A stretch of 64,000 nucleotides of DNA from an uncultured Gemmatimonadales bacterium (GTDB taxonomy: Bacteria; Gemmatimonadota; Gemmatimonadetes; Gemmatimonadales; Gemmatimonadaceae), in NCBI GenBank assembly GCA_963701965.1, contig OY969695.1:2368001-2432000 (forward strand), written 5' to 3'. Below the pieces are notes generated by a model. The model worked only from the letters and a program-made list of their open reading frames with translations. It was not told the origin of the DNA and did no database searches. This document shows positions 39,123 through 47,962 of this stretch, piece by piece. The number at the start of each line of letters is the position of its first letter. Position 1 is the first letter of the stretch. The position numbers were made by a program, and so were the translations under genes.

Positions 39123-39914
39123 ATGCCCGCCACGGCGAACCCAGGTCACGAAAAAGGCCAATCGGTAGTTCGCCGGCAATATGTGCGAGCACCGATTGTC
39201 GAAGCTGTGCTGGAGATCTCGGCGGACGTACCGGCTGACGTCACGCCTGGCGCGCTTGGCAGTCAGTTAGAGCCTGAGCGCCAGAGGTACGATCAGAAGT
39301 TCGACGTGTCGACCTTCGGTGCCGGCGTGACGATCGACGCAACAGGTGTGACTGCTCCCTCGGCAACGGCCCAGCAACAACTCATGGGCTATATGTTCGT
39401 CGACCCTCACAATCACCGCTTATTCCAAGTACGGCGTAACGGATTCCTCCATAGCAAGCAGGCACCATACGACAAATGGGAATCGTTTCGAGATGAGGCC
39501 CGGCGCCTGTGGCAGCTCTACGTCGCGGCAGCGCGTCCAACGCTCGTTCGTCGACTCGGCCTACGCTATATCAATCGGCTCGACTTGCCGACTGGTGAGC
39601 CGGATCTCAAAGAATACTTGTTGACCGGTCCTGAGATAGCCCTCGGAATTGCCCAAAGCCTTTCTGGTTATACAATGCAGTTAGATATCCCTCAGCCGGA
39701 TATTCCGAACTGTCTGTTGATCATTCGCGAGGCCATAGTTAAACCGCCGCGCCCCAATGTCTTCTCGATCGTCTTTGACATGGACATCCTGTGCGGCCAG
39801 CAGTTCAACCCTTCTGACACAGCGATCTGGACAGCTTTGGAGCAGATGCATACACGGGCCGACGAAACCTTCGAACGCTCCATTACTGATCGAGTACGGG
39901 AGATAATCGCGTAA
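39123..39914 (+). CDS. TIGR04255 family protein
   Basis: APIVEAVLEI, PYDKWESF, RRLGLRYINRL, FDMD and FERSIT motifs. Confidence 0.88.
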   Translation: MPATANPGHEKGQSVVRRQYVRAPIVEAVLEISADVPADVTPGALGSQLEPERQRYDQKFDVSTFGAGVTIDATGVTAPSATAQQQLMGYMFVDPHNHRLFQVRRNGFLHSKQAPYDKWESFRDEARRLWQLYVAAARPTLVRRLGLRYINRLDLPTGEPDLKEYLLTGPEIALGIAQSLSGYTMQLDIPQPDIPNCLLIIREAIVKPPRPNVFSIVFDMDILCGQQFNPSDTAIWTALEQMHTRADETFERSITDRVREIIA

Positions 39915-40288
39915 TGCCTTTACTCGCACCTCCAGCGACAATTGCACAGACAAAGGCAACGGGGACCGACATACTTGTCGTCTTCCGTGCGGCACCTGCG
40001 TCGACTTTGGAGCGGGCCGCACTTGAGGAGCAACTGTCCGTCGCTACGAAAGTGCTTTCGATGAGTACGCGCACAGTGATGTTAGCTCAGGGTCTCGAGT
40101 CACGCCTACAAGGCGGCCGCAACACCGTGCGAGCGGGCGCCCGGCCACAGAGCTGGATGGCGGCGGCGATGGCAGTATTCCCGAACTCTCGTTCGCTCAC
40201 GCCGCAGGAGAACGCCGAGCTGGACACACTCTACAGTCGTACCTTGCGTCCTCTTTCACAGCCGCTGCGAAAACTGCCGAACGTCTGA
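39914..40288 (+). CDS. Hypothetical protein (gene 2 of the TIGR04255 operon)
   Basis: TAATG overlap with the upstream gene; 124 aa. Confidence 0.7.
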   Translation: MPLLAPPATIAQTKATGTDILVVFRAAPASTLERAALEEQLSVATKVLSMSTRTVMLAQGLESRLQGGRNTVRAGARPQSWMAAAMAVFPNSRSLTPQENAELDTLYSRTLRPLSQPLRKLPNV

Positions 40289-40936
40289 ATGCTCAGGGAG
40301 TTTACTCGGTTCGTTCAGAGTATCTTCCCCGCAATTGATCCGGGCAACGCTCGCGCGTTCCTAAAAGCACAGTTCGAATACGCTCCGGTTTGGCCAGATC
40401 TGTTCGCGACACGCCTTCCGCCCAAGATCTGCCAAGGCGACATCCTTGCACCGATAACCTTCATTGTCCAGGCATCCGACGGCACTTACGGCGAATGGAC
40501 CGGACCTGGTATGCTGCTGTCGCATTCATGCGACGTCGATGAGGGAGACTATGTTTGCTTCGCACCGTGTCGACGGTTTGAGGAGTATCGTACTGTCAGC
40601 TTCGTCGGCGCCCTCCTGAGGAACACAATCTTTCGCTTGTTCTACGTGCAAGGCGTGCCCACGATCGGCGACACTGTGGTCGACTTCGACGTTACGCAAA
40701 CCACGCGTAGGGCTTTGATAGTGCAGGGCGTGGAGACGGACTCCATACGGCGTGTTTCAAGCTTTACGGATTACGGCTATTGGCTCCTCGTGGCCAAAAT
40801 GACTGTGCATTCACTCCGTCCACCGGCTCCCGACGAGGTCCGAGAGGTTTCTCGTCCTGGTCTCGCGACGCGGGCAGCCGCAGCCTACAAAGAACTAGTT
40901 GCACTTGCGGGATATCTTGTGAGAGGCCGGGGATAG
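40289..40936 (+). CDS. Hypothetical protein with QGDI and SHSCD motifs (gene 3 of the TIGR04255 operon)
   Basis: ATG immediately follows the gene 2 TGA; QGDIL...GMLLSHSCDV...FAP pattern. Confidence 0.8.
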   Translation: MLREFTRFVQSIFPAIDPGNARAFLKAQFEYAPVWPDLFATRLPPKICQGDILAPITFIVQASDGTYGEWTGPGMLLSHSCDVDEGDYVCFAPCRRFEEYRTVSFVGALLRNTIFRLFYVQGVPTIGDTVVDFDVTQTTRRALIVQGVETDSIRRVSSFTDYGYWLLVAKMTVHSLRPPAPDEVREVSRPGLATRAAAAYKELVALAGYLVRGRG

Positions 40937-40956
40937 AGTCGGCCGCGCGCTCACTT

Positions 40957-41040
40957 ATCGAACTCCGGCAGATTGAACGGGTCGTCGAGGAACATCGAGA
41001 CAGCGAGTGGAGGCGTGGCATGCGTACTTCCGAACCCAAC
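40957..41040 (+). pseudogene. C-terminal remnant of a DUF4160 family gene
   Basis: IELRQIERVVEEHRD followed in another frame by VEAWHAYF, resembling the DUF4160 C-terminus and overlapping the DUF2442 start. Confidence 0.55.
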
Positions 41041-41289
41041 ACCGGTGAGCGCGTGCGGGACGTGCGGATCACAGAAGATGCTGTCAGCATCGATCTCGTC
41101 GACGGGCGGACGCTTGTTGTCCCACTTGCATGGTTCCCGCGCCTGCTGCACGCCACGCCCGAGCAGCGCGCGCACTGCAAGATCGCTGGCGGCGGTTTCG
41201 GCATCCACTGGCCGGATATTGATGAAGACCTAAGCACGGCCGGGATGCTTCGGGGCGGACCGGGACCTCGGACGCTGGCAACCGCCTAG
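41020..41289 (+). CDS. DUF2442 domain protein (putative antitoxin)
   Basis: DLVDGRTLVVPLAWFPRLLHATPEQR...GIHWPDIDEDLS. Confidence 0.92.
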   Translation: MRTSEPNTGERVRDVRITEDAVSIDLVDGRTLVVPLAWFPRLLHATPEQRAHCKIAGGGFGIHWPDIDEDLSTAGMLRGGPGPRTLATA

Positions 41290-41408
41290 TCTGGGGTCAC
41301 CCGCGCGCTCAGTCGCACCCAGGGCCCAACTTTCGGTTGTGCGCGCCGGCTTGGCGAATCAGTATCGTGGGTTGGCCTCGGCCTCAACTCCTGGCAGCAA
41401 TACGGCAA

Positions 41409-43442
41409 TCAATCCGCGTTGGAGAATCTGGCGTTGACGCTCTTAAACAAGGCCGCAAACCTGTCGAGAGTCGGGTCATCGATTTCGGCCGCCGGACTGC
41501 TCACGAGCGTCTTGGCGACCGCATAGTGGTTGTAGCCGCCTGATGGTCTCAGCTCGACGCCCTCCTTCTCTAACCATTGGTTGACCCGCTCGACGATCCG
41601 ATCGCCGGGCGGAAGGTCCGCCTCTTTGATCTGCTTGCTGCCGAGCTCCTTCTCGAACGTCCTGTTGAAGAGCTCGACGTAAACCTTGGGGGAGATGAGA
41701 TCCTCGATGTCGCTGGCGCGTAGACCTGGCGTTGCTTTCGAGCCTTTCGCTGACTTGGTGTGAGATCCATCACGGAAAGCGGCGTACATCACGAGTTGCT
41801 TCTCACGCAGGATTTTCTCGCGAATCAGAGAGTCCAACCGAGCATCCGACCGCCCCGAATAATCGGACACGACGACTAGTTCGAGCGCGTTGGCGCCGAG
41901 CAGCGCGACGAACGTTGCGATCTTGTCGAGACCGCCCACAGGCGTGATTACAACGTCAGTGCGCAGCGCCTCACGCCCGCTAGCTTCGCATTCAGCGGAG
42001 AAGAACTGCAAGTATGCAAGGTCGGCCACTCCCTCGACGACCAGGTTTCGCTTGGCGATGAAGAGGTTCTGAGCAACTGTATACCCGAGGGCAGCCTGAA
42101 GTGGGAACAGCGTCTTCGAGTCAGAACCGTCAACCCGGTCGAATACCTTGGTCCCTACTTCGTCGCGATCCTCGACCACTCTGACCTGTACGAGCCGGTC
42201 CGAGTGTACCATGAACGGGGAGTGAGTGGTGTAGATGACTTGATGCTGCGTCGCCAGGTCGTCAATGTAGCGGAGCAGATCGGCTTGGGCCAGCGCATGA
42301 AGACTCAGGCCAGGCTCATCCAATAGGAGAATCAACGGAGCGGCGACGGCACCACCTGCATCAATCGCTCGTTGCTTTACGCTGTCGAACCAAACAAGAA
42401 AGCTGAAGAACCAGATGAACCCCTTACTACGCTGACTAAATGGGACGGTCACACGATGCCGTTGGTTCTTGATGCGAATGTACAGGTTCGGCCCATTGTT
42501 GAACGGTGCGACATCTGTCGGGTCATCGCGAATGTCCACGACCACTTCCAGGGTCTTGTTTTGCCGCCAGTACTTAAAGATCTGATCCGTGATCCTATTC
42601 GAGACACCCTCCAGCTTCGCCCTCGCCGATTCGTAGCCCGTCTGTTTCAACAACTCGTCGAGATTTACGCGGGCCATTTGAAGCAGCGCGAGGACCGCTT
42701 GCTCCTCGCCAGTCAGACGCAGGGCTTTGTTGGCACGCGCGCTCTGAACCCGTGAGTGAAGGGTGTTGAGGTTTGCCTTGCCTGGCAGCAACCGATAATC
42801 GTCAAAGTAGAAGAACCGTGGAACGCGAAGAGCCAAATATTTTTCCCATAACTCCCACTCCAAGACATTCTCCCAGCCTGAGCTGCCGAAACGAGCATGG
42901 AGCCCCTTGAGAAAGGCGTCGCCCTCGGCTGTCAAATCCTTACCATCTAGCAGCGCAATGAGGGCTTTTATGCTGGTCGCTGCGCGCGCTGCTTGTGCAA
43001 TCGATTCAGGGAGCGGTATGTCCTTGAGGAGGTGCTTCACGTAGACCGATTCGTTTACCGCTTGGGCTATCTCAACTTTGCCGGGACCTTGGTATTCCTC
43101 CTTCACGCCAAGCTGAAATGGCTTGAGCAGCGCAATCCCTAATGCGTCGTTCACCACTTGCACATCCCGCTCGTCTACCTGGTAGCGAAGAGACGAAACG
43201 ATCGCCTTCTTGTTTGGGTGAAGGTCCTCGAACCGAGTCAGGTCTTTTCGCGGATACTCCTCGGTCACATCGAATCCCTGGTCTTCGGAGAAGACCGGAT
43301 TTGACTGGTAGAGCGCCTGCAAAAACGCGGTTTTGCCTGCCTCGTTCTGGCCGACAAGGACGGTTGTCTTGGCGTCGATTGGCACAGCGCCACTGTCGTC
43401 GATCGACTTGTATCGTGTTACCTGCGCGCTAAGTAGTTGCAT
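41409..43442 (-). CDS. OLD-like ATP-dependent nuclease (ABC/AAA_15 ATPase plus TOPRIM)
   Basis: YKSI, GQNEAGKT, SKGFIWF, LLLDEPGLSLH and TTHSP, then TOPRIM VVEGVADLAY and C-terminal DIEDL. Confidence 0.88.
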   Translation of the reverse strand: MQLLSAQVTRYKSIDDSGAVPIDAKTTVLVGQNEAGKTAFLQALYQSNPVFSEDQGFDVTEEYPRKDLTRFEDLHPNKKAIVSSLRYQVDERDVQVVNDALGIALLKPFQLGVKEEYQGPGKVEIAQAVNESVYVKHLLKDIPLPESIAQAARAATSIKALIALLDGKDLTAEGDAFLKGLHARFGSSGWENVLEWELWEKYLALRVPRFFYFDDYRLLPGKANLNTLHSRVQSARANKALRLTGEEQAVLALLQMARVNLDELLKQTGYESARAKLEGVSNRITDQIFKYWRQNKTLEVVVDIRDDPTDVAPFNNGPNLYIRIKNQRHRVTVPFSQRSKGFIWFFSFLVWFDSVKQRAIDAGGAVAAPLILLLDEPGLSLHALAQADLLRYIDDLATQHQVIYTTHSPFMVHSDRLVQVRVVEDRDEVGTKVFDRVDGSDSKTLFPLQAALGYTVAQNLFIAKRNLVVEGVADLAYLQFFSAECEASGREALRTDVVITPVGGLDKIATFVALLGANALELVVVSDYSGRSDARLDSLIREKILREKQLVMYAAFRDGSHTKSAKGSKATPGLRASDIEDLISPKVYVELFNRTFEKELGSKQIKEADLPPGDRIVERVNQWLEKEGVELRPSGGYNHYAVAKTLVSSPAAEIDDPTLDRFAALFKSVNARFSNAD

Positions 43443-43920
43443 GGTTCGCTTATGGACCTGAGAGCCCAGGAGGTAAGAAATCACTGGCGTCCGTGTGCGC
43501 CGACTCGATCGGTGTCTGCGTCCGCGCGATTACACCTACTTCCTAAGTGGTCTTGAGGTGATGGGCGCGCACCCGGCCATATCTTACCTGCAAATGCCGA
43601 GGTTGGCTACGGACGTTTGTCTCAAGGTCGATAGGTGTGACGAGCGACTCTTGAATGGTCCGGCCCTGGGCAGCCGACGCTCTGATGGGGGATGACGTAG
43701 CGTGAAGAGCAACGCCTTCGGCGTTGGAGTGGCTCGCCCACGAGAACGCTTGTCGCATTTGAAGTTGCGAGTGCTGGCGAACTGTGGGCACTCTCGTGGG
43801 CGCCCTCAGCGAGAAAGGGCGGCTTCCCCTGTACTCCGTGGGAACCGCCCTCTTCGCTAAGCCGACTGCAACGAGCTACTTGGCAATCAGGTGCACTCTC
43901 GTATCGTTTTCAACCCAGCC

Positions 43921-44026
43921 TTTGCAGACCGCTGCCTTACCACTTGGCTACCGCGCCAGAAACAGCCCGTAAGCTATTCTTGCTAATTGACTTGAACAAG
44001 TCGGGCCGGTTACCCGACTGGTTGGC
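43921..44026 (-). repeat. Second copy of the tRNA-Cys 5' half plus promoter (att junction)
   Basis: Identical to the copy starting at 37322 for over 60 nt, then similar to ~44026. On the tRNA side identity stops at the end of the anticodon loop CTGCAAA. Confidence 0.95.
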
Positions 44027-44064
44027 GCTCTGTGCGTCGCTCGCGTTCGTGAAGCGGCGGCGCA

Positions 44065-45022
44065 TCACTTCGACGTCGGCGAGGCATGTTGCTCGATGAG
44101 GTCGGCAACCTCGTCCGGCTGATCCTGAACGTCGTAGTGCACGGCACCGGGGATCACGGCGGCCTCGACGTGCGCAAATCCGTTGGCGCGGAGAGCTGCA
44201 ACTGTCCTTGGAACCACCGTCGCGAAGGATGATTTGTCTCCGCCGGCGAGGAGCAATGGTACGTTGTTCGGCCCACGCTGCGCTGCATTTAATTCCGCGT
44301 CGGCGGGAAACGCCCGGTACATCTCGAGCACCGCGTGGAGCTGCGCGGGAGTCGAGTAGGCGTTCGCGTAGTGAGCCCGTTCGGCTGGGGTGAACTTGCT
44401 GAAGTTGAAGAAGTAGCCGAGGTAATCGGCCTGCCGGCCGGCGACGAGCTTCTCGGCAAGACCCGGAACCTGCATGAATCCAACGTGCCAGACGCCGTTC
44501 ATGCTCTCGTCCCATCCCGCAATGCCTGGAATGGGCGCATCGAGGATCATTGCGCCGCGCAAAGCCTGTGGATCATGGCGAACCAGCGCATACGCCACTA
44601 TCCCGCCGAGGTCGTGCCCGACGATGTAGACGCCTTGCAATTTGAGAACCGTTATGAGCTGCTCTATGTCCGCCGCCACATTGCCCGCGTCGTAGCCGCC
44701 GGACGTCGCCTTCGAGCCACCGATCCCGCGCAGATCGACCGCGATGACCGTGAACCGCTTCGCCAGTCGTGGCATGATGGCGTGATATGCGAACCAGTCC
44801 TGCGGAAAGCCGTGAATCAGGATGATGGCCGGGCCTTTTCCGCCGCGTACATAGTGAATCGTGGTCCCATTCACCATCGCGGTCTCCGACGCGAAATCCG
44901 GGCCCAGTCCTGTCTCCAACGGACCCGGTGTTCCCTGCGCCTGGGTTCGAGAAGGGGATGGCGCCGTACACGGCGAGCGCGGGCAGGATGAAGGCGCTTA
45001 GACGACTGACGCGGATACGCAA
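44065..45022 (-). CDS. Secreted alpha/beta hydrolase (epoxide hydrolase-like); frameshift at ~44946 separates the signal peptide
   Basis: LIHGFPQ, DLRGIGGS, nucleophile elbow GHDLGG and a C-terminal His. The signal peptide LRIRVSRLSAFILPALAVYGA lies in an adjacent frame. Confidence 0.88.
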
Positions 45023-45123
45023 CTGTTGAGTGATTAGAGTGGGCTACTCGAACGCCGCGGCGACTGTCGCGATCGAGTGCTACTAGCACTCAGGTGCACT
45101 CTCGCACCGTCGAGACGCTCGCC

Positions 45124-45210
45124 TTGGCAGACCGCTGCCTTGCCACTTGGCTACCGCGCCAGAAACAGCCCGCAAGCTATTTCGACTGAGCCACTTGAAC
45201 AAGCCAGCCG
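45124..45210 (-). repeat. Third, more diverged copy of the tRNA-Cys 5' half plus promoter (probable original chromosomal copy)
   Basis: GCAGACCGCTGCCTTGCCACTTGGCTACCGCGCCAGAAACAGCCCGCAAGCTA...CTTGAACAAG, with two substitutions in the tRNA part. Confidence 0.92.
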
Positions 45211-45215
45211 AACGA

Positions 45216-46088
45216 TCAGTGCTCGGCAGGCGCCGCGGCAATGTGCCGCCATACCCGATCATTGCGCGTCCCCAGCCGGCCGTCGGGACCGACGTCGATG
45301 ACGTCGAAGTATCGACCGTGTGGCACGTAGCGGTAGGCAAAGCCGGCCACGTTGGTGAGGAACGGAGCGGACGGCAGACGCCGAAGTACTGGATCGTCCG
45401 TCGGATACGCCTCACGCGCCGTGCGCGGGAGACGGCCATGCTTCGCGAAGAACCAGCGCACCAGATTGCTGAACATGGTGGGGCCGGTCCCATTGGTGTC
45501 ACGCTTATTCCGCTCGAATCCGGCCAGCGCCCGAGCGGCCCCTAGTACCGTGTCCACCGGCTCGGCCGCGGCCCATGCGGATAACGCCGCCGTGCGCGCC
45601 CGCCATGATGCGGTGTCCGCCGTATCGCACGTGACCCGCAGCGCCAGCACCTTGGCCCACGGCTGACCGAGAAACGGTATCTGGTCCGTCTCCATATCCG
45701 CGGTCCCGCGCAAGGTGTCCGGAGCCCACGCCAAGGCAAAGCTGGTCTGACCGCCCAGACAGATGCCGCCGTCCACCATGCACGGATCCCAGTACACCCT
45801 GATCGAGTCGTGCGTCGTCCGGCGCCAGTCCGACGCGTAACCCACGCGGTGCCGCTCCTGCTCGCGTGGCACGGCACTCACGAAACGCGTCGTATCGCCG
45901 CCGCGCACCGAATCGACGTCGGATCGCAACTCCAGGCGCTTTGGCGTCAGATATTTCGACGGTCGTGCGCGGTCCAGCACGTCCGGAAACACCGGGCCGT
46001 AGGCGAGCGCGTAACATCCCGCCACAGTTTGCGCCCGAGCGCCACAGGACAAGAACACCGTGGCCAGCATCGCAAAAACTCGAGTCAT
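45216..46088 (-). CDS. Hypothetical secreted protein with C-terminal GspG-like motif
   Basis: Signal peptide ending ARA; C-terminal KHGRLP...AYRY...VGPDGRLGTRND. Confidence 0.65.
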   Translation of the reverse strand: MTRVFAMLATVFLSCGARAQTVAGCYALAYGPVFPDVLDRARPSKYLTPKRLELRSDVDSVRGGDTTRFVSAVPREQERHRVGYASDWRRTTHDSIRVYWDPCMVDGGICLGGQTSFALAWAPDTLRGTADMETDQIPFLGQPWAKVLALRVTCDTADTASWRARTAALSAWAAAEPVDTVLGAARALAGFERNKRDTNGTGPTMFSNLVRWFFAKHGRLPRTAREAYPTDDPVLRRLPSAPFLTNVAGFAYRYVPHGRYFDVIDVGPDGRLGTRNDRVWRHIAAAPAEH

Positions 46089-46161
46089 ATGAGATACTGG
46101 ACGCCGGCCCACCGCACGCTTGCACACGTAACCAGTAGCGACCAGCGACCGTAGGGACCGC

Positions 46162-47688
46162 ATGCGCACCAGTACGAAGCCGACATCGCCCTCCGCGCCG
46201 CTCCTCATCGCCCTAGCCCTCCTGGCCGTCCACGGCGCCACCAACGCGCTCACGCCATACGGCGTGCACCGCGACGAGTTCCTGTACGTGGCCATGGGCC
46301 GCCACTTCGCGCTGTGGCGCATGGATGGCCCCCCGCTCATCGGCGCCATCGCCGCGATCGAGACGGCCATCGCCGGCCCCTCGCTGTTCGTGCTGCGCTT
46401 CCTCCCCGCCATCGCCGGCGCGCTGATCGGCCTGATCGCCGCGATGACCGCCCGCGCGATGGGCGGAGGCCGATTCGCGCAAACAATGACCGCCCTCGCG
46501 GTCGGCTGCAACGTGATGCTGCTCGGCTCCGCCAATCTCCTCCAACCCGTTGTCTTCGACCAACTGTGGTGGACCGTCGCGCTCTACGCCACCACGCGAC
46601 TGGTGCGCGACGATCGGCCGCCGTGCTGGGTGTTGCTGGGCGTCGCCGGCGGCCTCGGGCTCCTCACCAAGTTCATCGTCGCCATCCTCGCCTGGAGCCT
46701 CGTCGCCGCCGCCGCCCTCACGCGCGCCACGCGGCGACCCGTGCCCATCAACTGGCGCGGCATCGCCCTCGCCGCGGGACTCGCGCTGGCCATCGGCAGC
46801 CCCAGTCTCATCGGCCAGCTCCGCTTGGGCTTTCCCCTGTTCGGCCAACTCCAAGAGCTCCACCACTCGCAACTCACCCACATCACCGCGATCGACTGGT
46901 TCCTGCAGATCGCGCTGCTCGGCCCCACATCACTCCTCGCCGCCGCCGGCGCCATCGCCCTCATCGCCGACACCAAGCTCTCCGAGTTCCGCGTCGTCGG
47001 ACTCGCCTGCGCCATCGCGTTCACCACCATCCTGCTCCTGCACGGCAAGCACTACTACGCCGGACCCGTGTATCCAACGTTGTTCGCCGCCGGCGCCGTC
47101 TGGCTCGAGCGACGCACCGCGCGGGCGCGCATGACATCCGTGGTCCTCACCGTCCTGTGGGGCATCCAAGCCGCCCCGTTCGCGCTCCCCATTTTGCCTC
47201 CACCGCTGATGGCGCATTACGCCGCGCTCCTCGGCGTCACATTGACCCTGCACACCGACAAAGGCGAGCCCGTCGCCCTCCCGTCGGATTACGCCGACAT
47301 GCTCGGCTGGCCCCAACAAGTGGCCGCCGTGGCCCGCGTCTACGACACGCTCAGTCCCGCCGAGCGGCAACAGACCGTCATCCTCGCGCTCAACTACGGC
47401 GAGGCCGGCGCGCTCGACTTCTACGGCCCGCGCTTCGGCCTTCCACCCGCCCTCACCAATCAAGGCACGTACTACCTGTGGGGCCCCGGTCCACGCACCG
47501 GCGCCATCGCGATCGCCATCGGCCCCCACCGCGACCGCCTCGCGGCCCTCTACGACACCGTCACACTCGCCGCGCGCATCGACGAGCCACGCGCGGTCCC
47601 CGAGGAACAACATTTGGAGATTTTCCTGTGTCGCAGCGCGCACGAGACCGTCCAACAACTGTGGCCCCGACTCGCCGGACGCTACTGA
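46162..47688 (+). CDS. Glycosyltransferase family 39 (PMT/ArnT-like) membrane protein
   Basis: HRDEFLY, DGPPL, LRFLP, GLGLLTK, GKHYY, ADMLGW and NYGEAGA motifs. Confidence 0.9.
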   Translation: MRTSTKPTSPSAPLLIALALLAVHGATNALTPYGVHRDEFLYVAMGRHFALWRMDGPPLIGAIAAIETAIAGPSLFVLRFLPAIAGALIGLIAAMTARAMGGGRFAQTMTALAVGCNVMLLGSANLLQPVVFDQLWWTVALYATTRLVRDDRPPCWVLLGVAGGLGLLTKFIVAILAWSLVAAAALTRATRRPVPINWRGIALAAGLALAIGSPSLIGQLRLGFPLFGQLQELHHSQLTHITAIDWFLQIALLGPTSLLAAAGAIALIADTKLSEFRVVGLACAIAFTTILLLHGKHYYAGPVYPTLFAAGAVWLERRTARARMTSVVLTVLWGIQAAPFALPILPPPLMAHYAALLGVTLTLHTDKGEPVALPSDYADMLGWPQQVAAVARVYDTLSPAERQQTVILALNYGEAGALDFYGPRFGLPPALTNQGTYYLWGPGPRTGAIAIAIGPHRDRLAALYDTVTLAARIDEPRAVPEEQHLEIFLCRSAHETVQQLWPRLAGRY

Positions 47689-47706
47689 CGCGACTATGTT
47701 TGCATC

Positions 47707-47916
47707 GTGTCGACGGACGAGCCGCGAACAGTGCGCGACCGCGCGCAGTTGGAGTACACCCTGCGCGGCGGCCAGATCTACGTGACCTACCCGCCGTCGT
47801 ACACTGGCGGATTCCCCATCGGCGACGTCCCGCCGTGGTACGAGACCAACCCCCCGAACGAGATCACACGCGAACGCGTGGCGCTCTGGCAGGAGTTGCA
47901 ACGCGGCACGGCGTGA
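47707..47916 (+). CDS. Small hypothetical protein
   Basis: 69 aa with host-like codon usage filling an intergenic gap. Confidence 0.5.
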   Translation: MSTDEPRTVRDRAQLEYTLRGGQIYVTYPPSYTGGFPIGDVPPWYETNPPNEITRERVALWQELQRGTA

Positions 47917-47962
47917 ACGTCGCGCCGCGCGCGCCCGAACCACGACACCCGAGGCCGACGAC

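Larger units (their letters stand above)
37322..43920. mobile_element. Decayed integrative element B (~6.6 kb) inserted at the tRNA-Cys anticodon loop
   Basis: Bounded by direct repeats of the tRNA 5' half plus promoter. Contains int/xis remnants and paired GTGGGC repeats near both ends; its cargo is visibly more AT-rich than the flanks. Confidence 0.85.
43921..45123. mobile_element. Residual integrative element A (~1.2 kb) carrying an alpha/beta hydrolase
   Basis: Bounded by tRNA-half copies 2 and 3. Shares TCAGGTGCACTCTCG with element B at the same 34-nt offset from the junction. No integrase remains. Confidence 0.7.

Noticed and set aside
43490..43790. Short ORFs upstream of the OLD-like gene as a partner subunit or retron ncRNA
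   Set aside because: No motifs, no reverse transcriptase and no convincing inverted repeats.
43921..45160. Two additional tRNA-Cys genes
   Set aside because: Both stop at the anticodon loop and lack the 3' anticodon strand, T arm and acceptor strand; they are att remnants.
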